In this document: positions 39,443 to 53,280 of the stretch, one piece after another
Layout: each line of letters begins with the position of its first letter
Numbering within the stretch: the first letter of the stretch is position 1
Source of the DNA: Eledone cirrhosa
Lineage: Eukaryota
Length of the DNA stretch: 64,000 bases
Assembly: GCA_964016885.1 (NCBI GenBank)
Contig: OZ024741.1
Span: 97,340,001 to 97,404,000, forward strand
Direction: 5' to 3'
Notes under the pieces: model-generated
The model's database searches: none
What the model saw: the letters and a program-made list of their open reading frames with translations, nothing else
Told to the model about the DNA's origin: nothing
Program-made: the position numbers and the translations under genes

Positions 39443-40378
39443 CATGAAATGCCTTTCAGATGCCCAAATAAAACCAAAGACACAGATTTAGCGTTTAAAA
39501 TATGGCAAATCAAGACAAGAACTAGGATTTCTCCTTTAATTGGAAGATACAGGAAGCTTCTCGACCGTATGTAAGTGGGCTCAACTTATAAAGTTTATGA
39601 AATGTTGAGAGATGTTGAATATTGAATAATTTGCACAATAACAATAGACTGTAGAATACGCGACGGAATGTCTTCTCACGATGCTCTCACATCACAAAAC
39701 AACTTTTAAAAACCGGCCTCCTTAACTAATATTTATGTTTCTTAAAATATTCTCTATTCCTTTCTTTATCGTTATTTAGCATTGAGTTACATAGCATTTT
39801 CTTGGGTTACTCAACACAACAACTAATGGAGTTGTCTCATTAGGCCGAAAAATTCCATTTTGTACTCTGTCACTATTGTCACTTTGTTAGTCATCTTTGG
39901 GTAGCTTTCATATCTCATTTTTAACTAAGCAATTTTTGGTTCACCTCCACCGGCACAAGTTGAAATAGTTGATCATCTCGGCACACGAAATGTAGGATCT
40001 TTGTTCGGCTCTGTTGTAGAAACTGGCCTTAAATATATACATAAACATACAATACAAATAAGAAAACAAACGATACAGCATAATGATGACATATATTAGA
40101 TTAACACTTGTTATAGTAGGAGAAGAGACTGAGCGTTTCGAACACGAGTCTTCTATTGGGAGATAGAACGAGAATTAAAAGAGGAAAGAGAAAGATAGAT
40201 AGTGAAAAGAAGCAGGAACAGAAAATATTTGTTTATTCCGTCAGCCATTATGTTGAAATGCTTGTCAGCGTGTACGTTTATAAATTAGAGAGGTATAGAA
40301 AGTAAGATAATCCTTGTGTATTTTGAGTGGACGTGTGTGCTTGTGCCTATGTGTGTGTGTGTATATGTGCGTGCGTGG

Positions 40379-40409
<31 letters not shown>

Positions 40410-41156
40410 CGCGCGTGTGTGTGTTTGTGCGTTGGCGTGTTTGCGTGTGTAGTTTTGTTCGTTTCTGTGTGCAAAGGTATGAATGATGGGCGTTGACCTG
40501 TAATGAGTCTGCTTGCTTTGGATTGTCGAGGTTCCAGTGAAGGCATCAACATAAGCTGACCAAGGTAGCGAGGTATTGGTCAGATTACCAGTTTATTCAG
40601 GAGTGAATGTTGAGGAATATTCAACAGCGAAGGCACTACAGCTCTAACACTGGGGCCACGCGAACACAGTCACGCGCGTACAAGAAACAAGCATATTTGT
40701 ATATCTACCTACATATCTCACTGTGTAAAGAACTGTTTATATATCTTATTACACATTTTTTTTCTACGTATCTACATATATATATATACCAACCAACCTA
40801 CCAACCTACCTAGTAATATAACTACCTACCTATCAACTTACATTTTCATTTCTTTATCTATTTATCTATTTAACAAAATGTGCTATCTCTCTGCCGGACT
40901 CTCAAGCTATAGATATCCATTTAGGAGCATTTACCAGGCATATAAACAATGAAGCATGAATCCCAAAGCCAGTTCAAAAATCGATATCTAGATAGGTAGA
41001 TAAATAGACGGATATAATTATATAGAAAGATAGATAGGTATATATAGAGATAGATAGAATGATAGATATGTAGATAGATAGAAAGATAGATAAATAGATA
41101 GATAGAATAGGAGGTAGATCAAAGTCATTGTAATTAATAGCTGTATGTACAATAAT

Positions 41157-41547
41157 TGTTTCTACTTTTGGCACAAGGCCAGCAATTACCCAGTGCATTA
41201 CTGGTACTTTATTTTATCGACCCCGTAAGGATGAAAGGCAAAGATAACCTCGGCGGGATCTGAACTCAGAATGGCAAGGGGCGTAACTCTATGCGTCAAA
41301 TCATGGCGTCCGACACTCTACCGATACTGCCAATCCACCGCTCTGTATGTATAATAATTGTTTCTACTTTTGGCACAAGGCCAGCAAATTACCCAGTGCA
41401 TTACTGGTACTTTATTTTATCGACCCCGTAAGGATGAAAGGCAAAGTTAACCTCGGCGGGATTTGAACACAGAATGACAAGGGCTGTAACTCCATGCGTC
41501 AAAGCATAGCGTCCGACCCTCTACCGGTACTGCCAATCCTCCGCGCC
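41157..41547 (-). mobile_element. Two tandem full-length SINEs
   Basis: 41157-41342 and 41359-41547, separated and flanked by CTGTATGTA(C/T)AATAAT. Confidence 0.9.
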
Positions 41548-42772
41548 CTGTATGTATAATAATGATTGAAGGAAGAATCGTAGAAGTCTGGCGGTACTCC
41601 ATCATGGTCTCAGCCAGTCGGCTGAAACAGGTAAAGAGTAACTTATTTAAATGAATGTAAAGTGTAATATGGCGATGGCCGGTGTCACAAAAGAGAGGAG
41701 ATCATTTATTATTTATGTAATCATGTCCAAAACATCTGTACATCATGCAAATTAGACTGACTTTTCCAGGTATTTTTCTATCCTTTATACAGAAATATAG
41801 AATTAGTTATTCTTTTAGGAAGAGCAATGATCTTTGAAATGCATCGAAATAAATTTATAACTCTTCTGGCACTCGATTATATATTAATTTTATATATTAT
41901 TTTTCTTTTTCTTCGTACTCTTGTATGAATCCTATTAACGTCATCTCGAACAACAATTTCCTAAATCTAACATCAATATTTCTTCATATTTCAACTCATC
42001 TTGATGCCAATAGTTATTATTTTTTGTACTGCTTATGTAAAGAAGATAAATTTGATTTGCGTAAAACTTACTGCGAGAATGCTTTGAGTTTAACATCATT
42101 AGTCACGACGATTGTGTTTTATCACCTACCAGTTACATGAAGTGTCCATTATAGACATATTTTTTGTTATATCTACTTCAATCTTTACTCACTATATTTT
42201 TTGTAGTGAAAGTCACTCGTGGCAGCCAAGGGTTTGTTCATATGATATTGGATATGTTGGGACATTTTCCTCAGTTTTCCCGAAAAATGAGCGGGAGACT
42301 ATTGCGTGTCAATGAAATATCACCCATTCCATAACCCCTTCAATAGCATGCGTGCATAATGTAGTACAGTCGGGATGTATTGCAATTCTCAGTTTGCCTA
42401 AACAACTGCTTCATTCTCTGAAATGCTCTATGTATCTGGCAAGCGCCATCTTCGACTTGACGTGGTTGTACGATAGAATAGTAGGTAGAGTTTATCCGAT
42501 TGGCTTCGAAACTTTTCCTTTATTTAATGTTTGATCTTTACGTAATTTAAATCACAATGTTTATGTCGGCTTATGTCTATGGTTAATGACAATTGTCCTG
42601 AATTCTAGGCTGCGGTATCAACAGCTTCAGCTCATGAATGGAAAGTGACTATCGAACCCACTCTGTCATGTCTGTGCCATTTCTCTCCCCCCCCCCCCTC
42701 TCTATCTCACTCTCTGTATGTCTCTCTTTTTCTCTCTCTGTATCACATCGTCTTTATAAATATATACATATA

Positions 42773-42838
<66 letters not shown>

Positions 42839-44167
42839 ATATGTGTGTGTGTGTGGGGGGGAGGGGGTATGTATGTATGCGTGTTTATGAATGTGTGTGT
42901 GACAGTGAGTGTGGGATATTTCTTTACGTGAGATGTTTATGTGCGTGCATGAGTGGAATATGTGTACCAACGATTTAGAATGAAATAAAGAATTAAAAAG
43001 TGAAATACAATTTGAAATAAATTCATCCTGTTATTCAGTGAGATTTAGAAAATTAAGTCATTTAATTTCAAACTGACATAGGGATTTAGAAATAAAAATC
43101 TCGTATTCAGCGGCAGCAATAATTGTTGCCATGAAAGTGTTCGCTTTCAACAAGTTTAATATGTATGGTATGTTTGCATTAAATAGGGTAGTTTGCCTAT
43201 GCTTTTGTGAGCAGTGGGTACATGTTTTTTAAAGCAGTGTAATGAAGTGAAAAGAAATAAATTGAAACGTCAATACAAATAATAATGATAAGAATAGACA
43301 ACAACAATAACTTCACTATCAAGAATGGCTAATAAAAATGTTTATGATAGCAAAACGAATGTTGAATGACCAGAGAAATGCAGTGAAACTACAACGACGA
43401 TGATGACACACGTGATGATGACGATGATGATGATGTGATTATGATGATAATGATGATGATGCGATTATGATGATGATGATAATGATTATGATGATTAACA
43501 GCATAGTTTGATAATAGCAACGATGATATACATGATGGCGTTATGCAAGAATCTATAAATATGTCAGACGTAATACAATTGCCGACACTCAAATCTAAAT
43601 AAATAACGTTTAAGATAGGTGTCTAAGCAATTTATGATAGGCTTTCTTTTCTTTAAACTAAACAAAATATGCTCCCATATATATAGTTTATTTATACACC
43701 TCTTTGTCCCACTCTCTGTATGCATATATTTATTATTGCTCTGTTAAACTGGATACCTTGTTCACTCACTTTCATTTGATTATTTTTTTCTTAGTATTTT
43801 TGTTAAACTTAATCGCCTAGTCAAGAGCGAGAATAGACATCTATATCTACGTTTCTCTATTATAAGCTTATGAAGACATGTTTGACCATGTGAAATTATC
43901 TCTCTATATATATATGTTCGTATATAATACGTATATTTGTACGTCCGTATGTAATACGTATATATTTGTACGTCCGTATATGCATATGAATTTGTGCACA
44001 TATATATGCGTGCGATATTTTACTTCATGTGCGTTAGCGTGTATGTATGATTATGAAGTGTCCACTAGCGTATGCATGTGTATCAGTGCCTGTATATGTG
44101 CATCAAACCGTCTAAACCTTAATGTATATGAGTTTGTATATGAGTCCAAGTGTAATTCGTGTAGCTT

Positions 44168-44286
<119 letters not shown>

Positions 44287-44645
44287 CTACATGAATTTAT
44301 ATTCTTCTCTTTAAAGCTTTGTCTTGCATTATTGTTTATTTGTTTTCAGATGAGCAGCATTTAAGATTATAAGGCTGAAACCTATCTACTGCGGAAAAAA
44401 ACAATGGCTAGAGAAAATAGCTAATATATAATAAATGCAGGGGATAAACGTGCTTGGTTGGGTTCGGGCATGGCAGAAAGTTGGTTCCCTTTATGGTTGG
44501 CCCCAAGAGTGACTGGAATAGAAAATGGTCATTAGTGGCATTGAAGTATTAGTTGAATGCTAAGGGATTAACCTTCGGCGTAAGAGGGTAGGAAATGAAA
44601 TTATTATGTTCCAAAAGGGAATGATGGTGTTGGTAATTCATGAAG

Positions 44646-44900
44646 TCCTCTTCTTCTTCTTCTATTTCCTCTTCTTCTTCTCCTCCTCCTCCTCCTCCTC
44701 CTCCTCCTCCTCCTCCTCCTCCTCCTCCTCTTCCTCCTCCTCCTCTTCCTTCTTATTCTTCTTCTTTTTTATAATAATAATTGTTTCTACTTTTGGCACA
44801 AGGCCAGCAAATACCCAGTGCATTACTGGAACTTTATTTTATCGACCCCGTAAGGATGAAAGGCAATGTTGACATCGGCGGGATTTGGTCATCATCATCA

Positions 44901-44931
<31 letters not shown>

Positions 44932-45013
44932 CTTCTTCTTCTTCTTCTTCTTCTTCTTCTTCTTCTTCTTCTTCTTCTTCTTCTTCTTCTTCTTCTTCTT
45001 CTTCTTCTTCTTC
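44646..45013. repeat. (TTC/TCC)n microsatellites enclosing a partial minus-strand SINE (44780-44887)
   Basis: Direct observation. Confidence 0.9.
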
Positions 45014-45015
45014 AA

Positions 45016-45140
45016 CCCGTTACATTCTGAGTTCAAATCCCCCGAGATTAACTTTGCCTTTCATAGATATGGGGTCGATAAAATAACGCACCAGTAATGC
45101 CATGGGGTAATTACTGGCCTTGTGCCCAAACTAGAAACAT
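45016..45140 (+). mobile_element. 5'-truncated SINE with (ATT)n tail
   Basis: B-box and body match the other copies. Confidence 0.85.
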
Positions 45141-45171
45141 TATTATTATTAATATGATTATTATTATTATT

Positions 45172-47794
45172 CTTTGAGTATCAGTCATTGAAGTTATTTA
45201 ACTGGAAAGTGTGTTGAAATGAATATCAAGCCGCTACCTACAGCCTCAGATATTCAGGACGTATTGGAAGGTTCTTGCTGTTCCCAGCAAGCATGCCTTT
45301 TGAAGTGTTCCAAAAAGCGGGGCTGGACTAATTTTCTTTAACCATCCTTGGAAACTCTTTGAGATAGTATCTAGTGCGCCTATGACAATCAGGACGACCT
45401 TGACTTTCATGGCAGTTCCAAATCATTTTTACCTCCCAATTTAAGTCCTGGTATCGGTTAATTTTCTCTCTCTCCCTTTCTTGCACTCTCGTGTCAAATG
45501 AGCAGGCTATATCTACAATCAGGCACGATCTTTTTTCCTTGTCCAAAACCACCAGGTCAGGCCTATTGTGTTCTAATTTCTTTTATCCTAAAATCTCATA
45601 GCACCTTCACCTAATCGTTTTCCATCACCGACTCTGGCTTATGCTCATACCACTTCTCAGAATGTGGTAAATTGTTTACTTTGCATAGGTGCCAGTGGAA
45701 CACCTTGCCCATCAAATCATGTCTCCAGCCTTTATAGTGAGTCTGGGCTAGTTGTTTACACTCGGAAACAATGTGAGCCACAGTCTCCTCTCTCTCCACA
45801 GATCCCACACAGTGGGCTAGCCTCCTCCTTTAGGTTAAATATGGTGTTTCCGGCACTTCGTTTTGAGGGCCTGCTCTTGCGCAGCCATTAGGATTCCTTC
45901 TGTAGCCTTTTTAAGGTCTCCTCTTTTCAACCAGTTCCATGTCTGTGGATCTCTAAATTCAGTTTTCTCAAAGAAGGCACTGTGAAGGGATTTTTCATGA
46001 AGGTTTCTCTTTCTCCTTGTTGTTATTTCCTTCTTGGACATCCCCTTGTCTATTGTTCTCTCCTTCAGTACAATTCTGAGCATTGGCTCCTTACTATCAG
46101 TCACATATTTGTGTAGGTTGTTTTTCTCCATCTGAACACAGTCCTCTATGCTGATAAGACCTCTTCCACCTGCAGATCTCCTTAAGTAGAGTCTATCGAC
46201 ATCACTTCTTTTGTGGAACATGTTGTAGATAGTCAATAGCTTCCTAGTCTTTCTATCTATTTCTTTTTGTTCAGCAACATTCCATCTCAGAATACCCGCA
46301 CTGTACCTAATAATAGACACAGCTCAGGAATTTACTGCACTTATGGCATTCCTACTGTTCAGATGTGACTTTAGTACGCTCCTTACTCTCCGAATGTATT
46401 CAGATCTTATCAATTCCATCATTTTTTCGTTCTTGATGTCATCAGCCTCCAGAACACCTAAATATTTGTATCCCTCTTCAGCATCAATTTCCTTTATCAT
46501 CTCACCTGTTGGTACCTGGATTCGGTTGCTTCTGCTTAATTTACCCCTCTTCATCACAAGGACTCCACACTAACTAATACCAAATTGCATACATATATCA
46601 TTGCTGAAAATACAGACAGTGTCAACAAGCACATCCAACTCCATCTCACTCTTCCCGAAGAGCTTAAGATCGTCCATGAAGAGGAGGTGATTGATGGTAA
46701 GCTCTCCCTTTCCCAACTTGTATCCTGCTCTCACTTTTCGCAGTATAATGGTCAGGGGGATCAGGGCAAGGACAAACAACCGAGGGGACAAACTATTTCC
46801 CTGGAAGATGCCTCTCTTGATCCTCACGCCTCCCAAGGATTCTCCGCCCGATGTTAACTCTGTTTTCCAGGACTTCATACTTTTGCTCAACAACTGTCTG
46901 ATGTTATCTGCCACCGTGAAGATCTCTAGGCTTGTAGTTATCCAAGAATGAGGTACCATGTCGAATGCCTTTTTGTAGTCTATCCATCACATGGCAAAAC
47001 CAATTCCTCATTACCATCTTATCAATAAGTAACTGGTCCTTTGTACCACGGGACTTCTTTCGGCATCCTTTCTGTTCCTCCGATAACAAGTTGTTTATGT
47101 GGAGGTGATGGTAGATTTCCTCAGACACAATGCTTGTTAACAGTTTCCACATTACGGACAGACATGTGATAGGTGTATAGTTGGTAACATTATTACCCTT
47201 GGTTCGGTCTTTCATTACCAGAACTGTGGTACCTTTTGTCAACCAGTCTGGTACCTCACCTGACATCAATCAGTCATTGAACATGGCTGTCAGTTTCGGG
47301 TGGAGGGATGTTATATTTTTAATCCAATACCCCTGCACACCATCTGGGCCTGGTGATTTCCAGTTGGTTAGTTTTCTGGCCGGCCCCTTAAGAGTTTCAA
47401 CTGTGATACTCAATTCGGTTTGTTGGTGTGCCTGTTCACTAATCTCCTTTTGTACTGTCTCAATCCACACTGCCTGATCATTATCTTCAACACCCTTCTC
47501 CCATATTCCTCTCCCTAATGTCTTAGTTTGTTCCGCCTAAGGGATCAAGTCGTTGCCTCTTTCTTTCCCTTCAAGCTGTCCAAACAACATCTTCTGGCTG
47601 TTGTCAAACATGCGGTTCTGTCTATACTGACTGACTCTGCTCTTGTATCGCCTAATCTTTGCGCACTTTGCTACAATGCGTTGCGTCAGGTCCGCTATGA
47701 TAATATTTAGCTTTTTCCTCCTAGTTTTGTACTTTATTTCCAGTCTATTTTTAGTGTCTATGTTTTTTAGTGTCCCATTCAGTAGGGACTCAAG

Positions 47795-47797
<3 letters not shown>
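45172..47797 (-). mobile_element. 5'-truncated R4/Dong-like RLE LINE inserted in (TAA)n
   Basis: KSPGPDGV, PITCL, EEQKGC, GIFQG.SLSP, HLLFMDDLKL, YKYLG, LYLRRSAGGRGL, HIVSEC..RHD, NRPD..IVDIAC; (ATT)n on both sides. Confidence 0.93.
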
Positions 47798-47842
<45 letters not shown>

Positions 47843-47843
<1 letters not shown>

Positions 47844-48029
47844 GGCGGTGAATTAGCAGTATCGGTAGAGGGTCGGACGCCATGCTTTCCAGCAAAGTTA
47901 CGTCCCTTTACGATCTGAGTTCAAATCCCGCCGAGTTTGACTTTGCCTTTCATCCTTACGGGGTCGATAAAATAAAGTACCAGTCATGTCATCGGTAATT
48001 GGTGGCCTTGTGCCTAAAGTAGAAACCAT
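47843..48029 (+). mobile_element. Full-length tRNA-derived SINE
   Basis: A and B boxes, body GCCTTTCATCCTTACGGGGTCGATAAAATAAAGTACCAG, (CTT/ATT)n tail. Confidence 0.9.
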
Positions 48030-48263
48030 TCTTCTTCTTCTTATTATTATTATTATTGGTCTAAGCGTACGTATTTTGCTCGCTTCCAGTAAGTCACTTT
48101 ATTTGCCTGTTAAAATTATTTGTTGTTAAATATTTCTTGTTGTGTAAGGGATATAAGCCCTTAGACTTTGACCCGTGAAGGGGAAAGTATAATATTTGGG
48201 CCTTTTGGCCCAAATATCTGAACTTTTTTTTACATGCTAAAAAATTTGCGAAGAAAAAAAAAC

Positions 48264-50112
48264 ATGGCTGAGCCACGCCCCCCAGCGATATGTCGGCTGT
48301 CGTGCGACAACGACATAGAAGTTGAGAGGAGCGCTACAGCGAAATTAACACACATTGATAACACAAACACCACCACAAACAAGGTAAACAAAGACACCAA
48401 TGATACCAATAAGAACACTAATTTTGAAAAAAATGACAGTAACAGCGACACCGAAAATACAGATAACAAAAAAAGAATAACAAATAGAACAATATCACCA
48501 CCACTAACATGAAAACAAATAGCGTCTACACCAACAGCAACAATACCAACTGCACCGAGAATAACGGTGGCAACAAAGGCAACAATGATAACAGCGACAG
48601 TGCTAACAACAACAACAACAACAACAACGACAACAAAACCTTCAATGAAAACAAGAAGAATACTTTCGCTGCGGCAGCAGCAAAAAAGAGGCCATGCTTC
48701 AACATGGACCTCTCAAACAAAGATGAAAAGTTGGCCCAGGCATGGAAGCTCATCAAGCAAGAGCAAACTTGATCCAACTTAACTGTCCAGGTAGAAGCTA
48801 TTGAGGCAGTGGAGCGCAAAACGGTGCATTATAGATGCATCTCAGCACAAACCAAAAGGGCAGCTTTAATCCCACAAGCAGATGTCGAAGTCGCGCTGAG
48901 GTGCATCAGAGAAGACACCGAATACATAGAGAGGGGCAGACAGTACGGCACCATTCCAGTGCTGTTAAAGTCAGAAGCCCTCGCTATGAAACACGCTATG
49001 ACTCCTTGCAAAACCAGCAAGGTCATAATGTACCCCTACCACATGGGAAAAAGAACGGCCCGTCTCCGCATTCCCCGAGTCCCACCAGGACTTGACATGT
49101 GGTGGCTTCTGGGATATGTGATTGTGGAGGGGACGGATACAGTCCTTATAGAAGTGGCCAGAACGGCCAGAGAGGACTGGTCCGGGGTTGAACTGGAGAT
49201 CCTTCTCCAGAACAGGCCCGAGAATGTGAAGACAATCTCGGACCACATCCGCCTTCAGAATGGGACGGTCATTCCCATTATGACCGAAGGCAAAAGGCCG
49301 CAGTGTTTTGTTTGTGGGGAAAAAACCCATTTGCGAGCCTTCTGCCCTTAACTTCTGAAAGATGCAAGGAGTCGAAAGGCTACACTGCTGCCGCCCCCGG
49401 GGCGAGGACCACAACCGACACCAGCACCTGCAAAACCACCAACAACAACACCAATAGAAAGACCACCACCAACATTGACCACCCAGGGGGGAAACGAGGA
49501 AAGCTGTCAAATTCCTCCTCCCCCCCAAAATACACACACCAATAAAACCATAAACATACATACAGACACACTTACAGACACAGACCCCTCATCTACCAGT
49601 AGTGAACATGAGGGAAATCCAGAATTCCCCAAAATACAAAAAAAGGAAACATAAAAAGAAAAAAAAATCTCAACAAAGAACAAAAGCACCCACAATAAAA
49701 AAACGCAGATACCACCCACGCAAACATCTCTCCAATAACACCAACATCAACACCACCATCACCATCACCACCACAGCCACGCAAACAAATAAAATCACAC
49801 CAACAAAACATACAAAACTTCGTGCTCGTCAGGAGGGCCAAAAAGGAACTGATATCCCTCGTAGCACGAAGTGAAAATATACAAAAAGAGGGGGAAATTT
49901 TTAAATCGAGCACATTTCGCGTGCCGGAAGATTTTGTTCTGGTGTGAATGTCGCTCGAGATATTCAAAGAAATACGAGACAGCTTTCCTCGGGACGTGGG
50001 AACCCCAAACGTAAATCCCACTTCAAGACTTTTAAAGGGGTTCCCAAAAGAAATCCCACTAACTATGGAGGTCGAACAACCCGACCTTCACAAGAGCCCG
50101 GAAAGTAAGTAA
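48264..50112 (+). pseudogene. Tx1-like ORF1 (gag-like, CCHC knuckle), disrupted
   Basis: CFVCGEKTHLRAFC knuckle; low-complexity N/T/K tracts; several stops and frameshifts. Confidence 0.8.
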
Positions 50113-50143
50113 ACCTTCCTCTCTCTCTGTTTAACCTGCCAAC

Positions 50144-53100
50144 ATGGCCGTATAAAGCGTAGGATGTTTAAATGTTCGAGGCCTGGGATCGTCCTGGAAG
50201 CAGGGTCACCTGCCCAACGACCTCAGTTCTTTAGAAATGGATGTAATTGCAGTCAGCGAGACTAGGATTTCCGACACGCGCGCACTAGCCCCCATTTTCG
50301 ACGACTATCTGTTAGCCGGCCGGGAATGGGAGGCGGGGTGGAAGTGTTGTTTAGGAAAGGCCTGGATCTCGAGGTAAGGTCGATCTTCCGGGAGCCGGAC
50401 GGGATGTTGTTGGTCCTGGACGTGAACAATATTGAAGGTGGTACATTTAGACTGGTAGTCGTCTATGCTCCTACTGGAGCAGGACGGCCGGACTTCTTTA
50501 GACACCTGGAAGCCTGTTTGGGTACGTCTCGCCCTTTACTTTTAGCGGGGGACCGGAACGGCATCTTAGACGTACGATGGGACTGTGTGGGAGTTATCCG
50601 ATAGGAGCGTGGGTGCAAAAGCCTCAAGAACCTGAGCAGCTAGATCCAACTGTCTGACAGGTACCGACTAGATTTCCCTAATGCGCCAGTGTGGACCTGG
50701 GTTAACCGCATAGTGTCATCTAGATCGTATATAGACAGGATATTCATTAGGAAAATAGACAGAAATAATTTAAGCTGTCCACCTTTTGAAACGGTCGCCT
50801 ATTCAGATCACAAGTTTGTGATCTGTATGGTCGACCTAGATAAGACGCGTAGGTTAGGACCTGGTTACTGGAAGCTAAACATGTCATTTCCGGCACGTAA
50901 AGCTTACAGGGACCAGGTCAAAATTTTAGTTAAGAAAAAGTTGACAGGGGGAGTCGTCAACAATAGATGGTGGGGGGGCTCTCAAAAGAGAGATTAGAGT
51001 AATGTCGATAGAGTTTTGCAAAGAAGTAGCAGCAGAGAAAAATAGAAAGGAGGGGGAGTTGGTAGATAAGTTAGACGAGGCTATTGGTAGTGGCATTGCA
51101 ACTGATGTGCTAGCGGCGAGAATGGCATTAGACCATTTCTCCAATGCGAAACACGAAGGTTGCATTGTCAGAGCTAAGGCGCGTGCTCTGAGAAACGAGG
51201 GAACCAAAGCTGTTCGATGGGCCCGCGTGGCAGAGGCGCAGCGTGGAAATAAAACCACAATTCGGTCTTTGACGGACTGAGACGGGCACGAGCTAAGCGA
51301 TTCCAAGAGGATGTGTGAGGCCTTTCGCCAACATTTTGCTCGGCTGTTCGGGGGAAGTGGCGGGTCAGAGATGGTGGCGGACTTCAGTCCCTACCTCGAT
51401 GGCTTGCCGCAACTCTCGACGGCTGACGCTGGGCGCTGCGATAGGCCAATTACTTCAGCCGAGATTCACGATGCCCTTGTCGGCTGCATGATTCGCAAGT
51501 CACCCGGTTTGGATGGTCTGCCCTACGAGCTTTACGTAAATATGCCAGACTTGTTCTCCAATCTCCTCGAAGCCCTCTACTGCAACTGGCAGCAAAACGG
51601 GAGTATTCCCAGTTCTGAGAGCCGGGCGTAGTGACGCTGATAAGGAAAGACGAGGACAAGAGGGTCACATTAAACAATTTCAGGCCCATAACTCTGCTCA
51701 ACACAGAGTTTAAGATTTTGGCCTGTGTGTTAGCGAAGAGGTTGGCGCTTGTCGTCGGGGATTTGGTTGGGGAGGCGCAATCTTGCGCAATCCCAAACAG
51801 GTCCATACACGACAACCTCCACCTAATGCAATAGATCATAGAGAGGGTCGGGTGTAAACCTGGCTTCGGTGGGGCTCTGATCAATTTAGATCAATCAATA
51901 GGGTCGACCATCGCAACCTGAAGGCTGTCCACAAGGCGGCTGGCTTCGGCCCCGTCTTCAGAAGCTGGATCGCTGCAATGCACAGCGGCACCTGCTCGAT
52001 GGTCAAAATTAATGGCCACCTCTCGGAAACATTTCAGGTCTCCCGATCGGTCAGTCAAGGCTGCCCGCTCTCCTCCCTTCTGCACGTATTGACTATCGAG
52101 CCTTTACTGCGGAAGCTGGAGCTGTTGCAGGGCATCCCGCTCGAACCGGGACGCGGAAAGGCTGCGTCGGCTTATGCGGACGACATCACCGTGATGGTGT
52201 CGGACACCTCAGAAATCGAGGTGGTCGGCAACTTATTGGAGGAATATGAAAGGTTGACGGGAGCAAAACTTAACCCGGAAAAGTCAGTGAGCTTGCAACA
52301 CGGCACCTGGAGAGGCAAGTCCATGCCGTCGAACAGCGTCGTTAGATAAGAATTGGGACGAGGTGACGGGCAGGGTAGTCAGTCTCACACAGAAATGGGC
52401 TGGGATGAAGCTATCACTTAAAGGTCGGGCGGAGGTGGCGAACGCGTACATCGCGTCCGTCAACTACTACCGTCTGACTGTCGTCCCTTTCACCCGTTCG
52501 CGCCTCGCCATCTTGGAGCGGCTCCTCTTCAAATTCTTGTGGAGGAGTAAGGTTCCGCTGGTGAGGCGGTCCATCTGCTGCCAGCACCATCTACGTGGAG
52601 GGCTGGGCGTACCGTGGCTAATGATGCGCAGGCACGCGGAGACTGGGTGACTGCCATCTGGAATGTTGCCAGGCACTCACTGCCCTCTACCAGGTGGGCA
52701 GTGCGGTCAGAGGAACTTCCACTCTCGAGTTCTATAGAGGATCAGTGGTGGGCAACTGCGACGACGCACTCGGAGAGGCTCTGGGAGTCAACGAAGTCGA
52801 ACTAACCAGTCTGTACCGGAGGACTTTCGAGCCGGGGACGATGGATACTTTCCAAAAATCCCTCGCTTGGCAGTGCTACCGGGGTCCACTGCCGGTTTGA
52901 GATAAACTCTACAGGTACGGAAGTGCTGTCAGACAGACCTGCCCGAGATACGCGTAGAGCGACGAAACCGTTCTGCACGCTCTCGTCCAGTGTCCGTGCA
53001 TTACTGACTTGTGGAGTTATGTTGAACAGCTGTTGTCGCGTGTAGAACGGATCCGGCTATCGGCCGAGTCCATAGTGAAGATCGACCCGCTGCCTTCGTT

Positions 53101-53280
53101 TGGCCAGGCAGGGCATGCAATTTTCCTCTGTCTGGTGGCAGTAGCGAAAGAGGTTGTATGGTGGAAAGGAAGGTGAGGGTGGAGAGAGAAGTGCTGTCCC
53201 CCAGTACATTTGCTGAAAGCTGGGTGAATGTGGCGAGAATGTCCCCTATGATTGGCCTACTCTGGTCATGCGGCTGTAGG
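50144..53280 (+). pseudogene. Tx1-like ORF2 (AP endonuclease, RT, Zn finger), disrupted
   Basis: LNVRGL, VYAP, SYIDR, SDH, YWKLN, KSPGLDGL, FRPITLLN, QGCPLS, YADD, ETVLHALVQC. Confidence 0.92.

Noticed and set aside
43868-43905. Degenerate hammerhead-like strings here and near 23610, 40130, 44345 and 62778
   Set aside because: Core mismatches and no convincing stem I; could be chance or very old remnants.
44606-45097. Poly-S/K/F ORFs
   Set aside because: Trinucleotide repeat translations.
47843-47935. tRNA gene
   Set aside because: The A/B boxes belong to the SINE head; no complete cloverleaf and the sequence runs into the SINE body.
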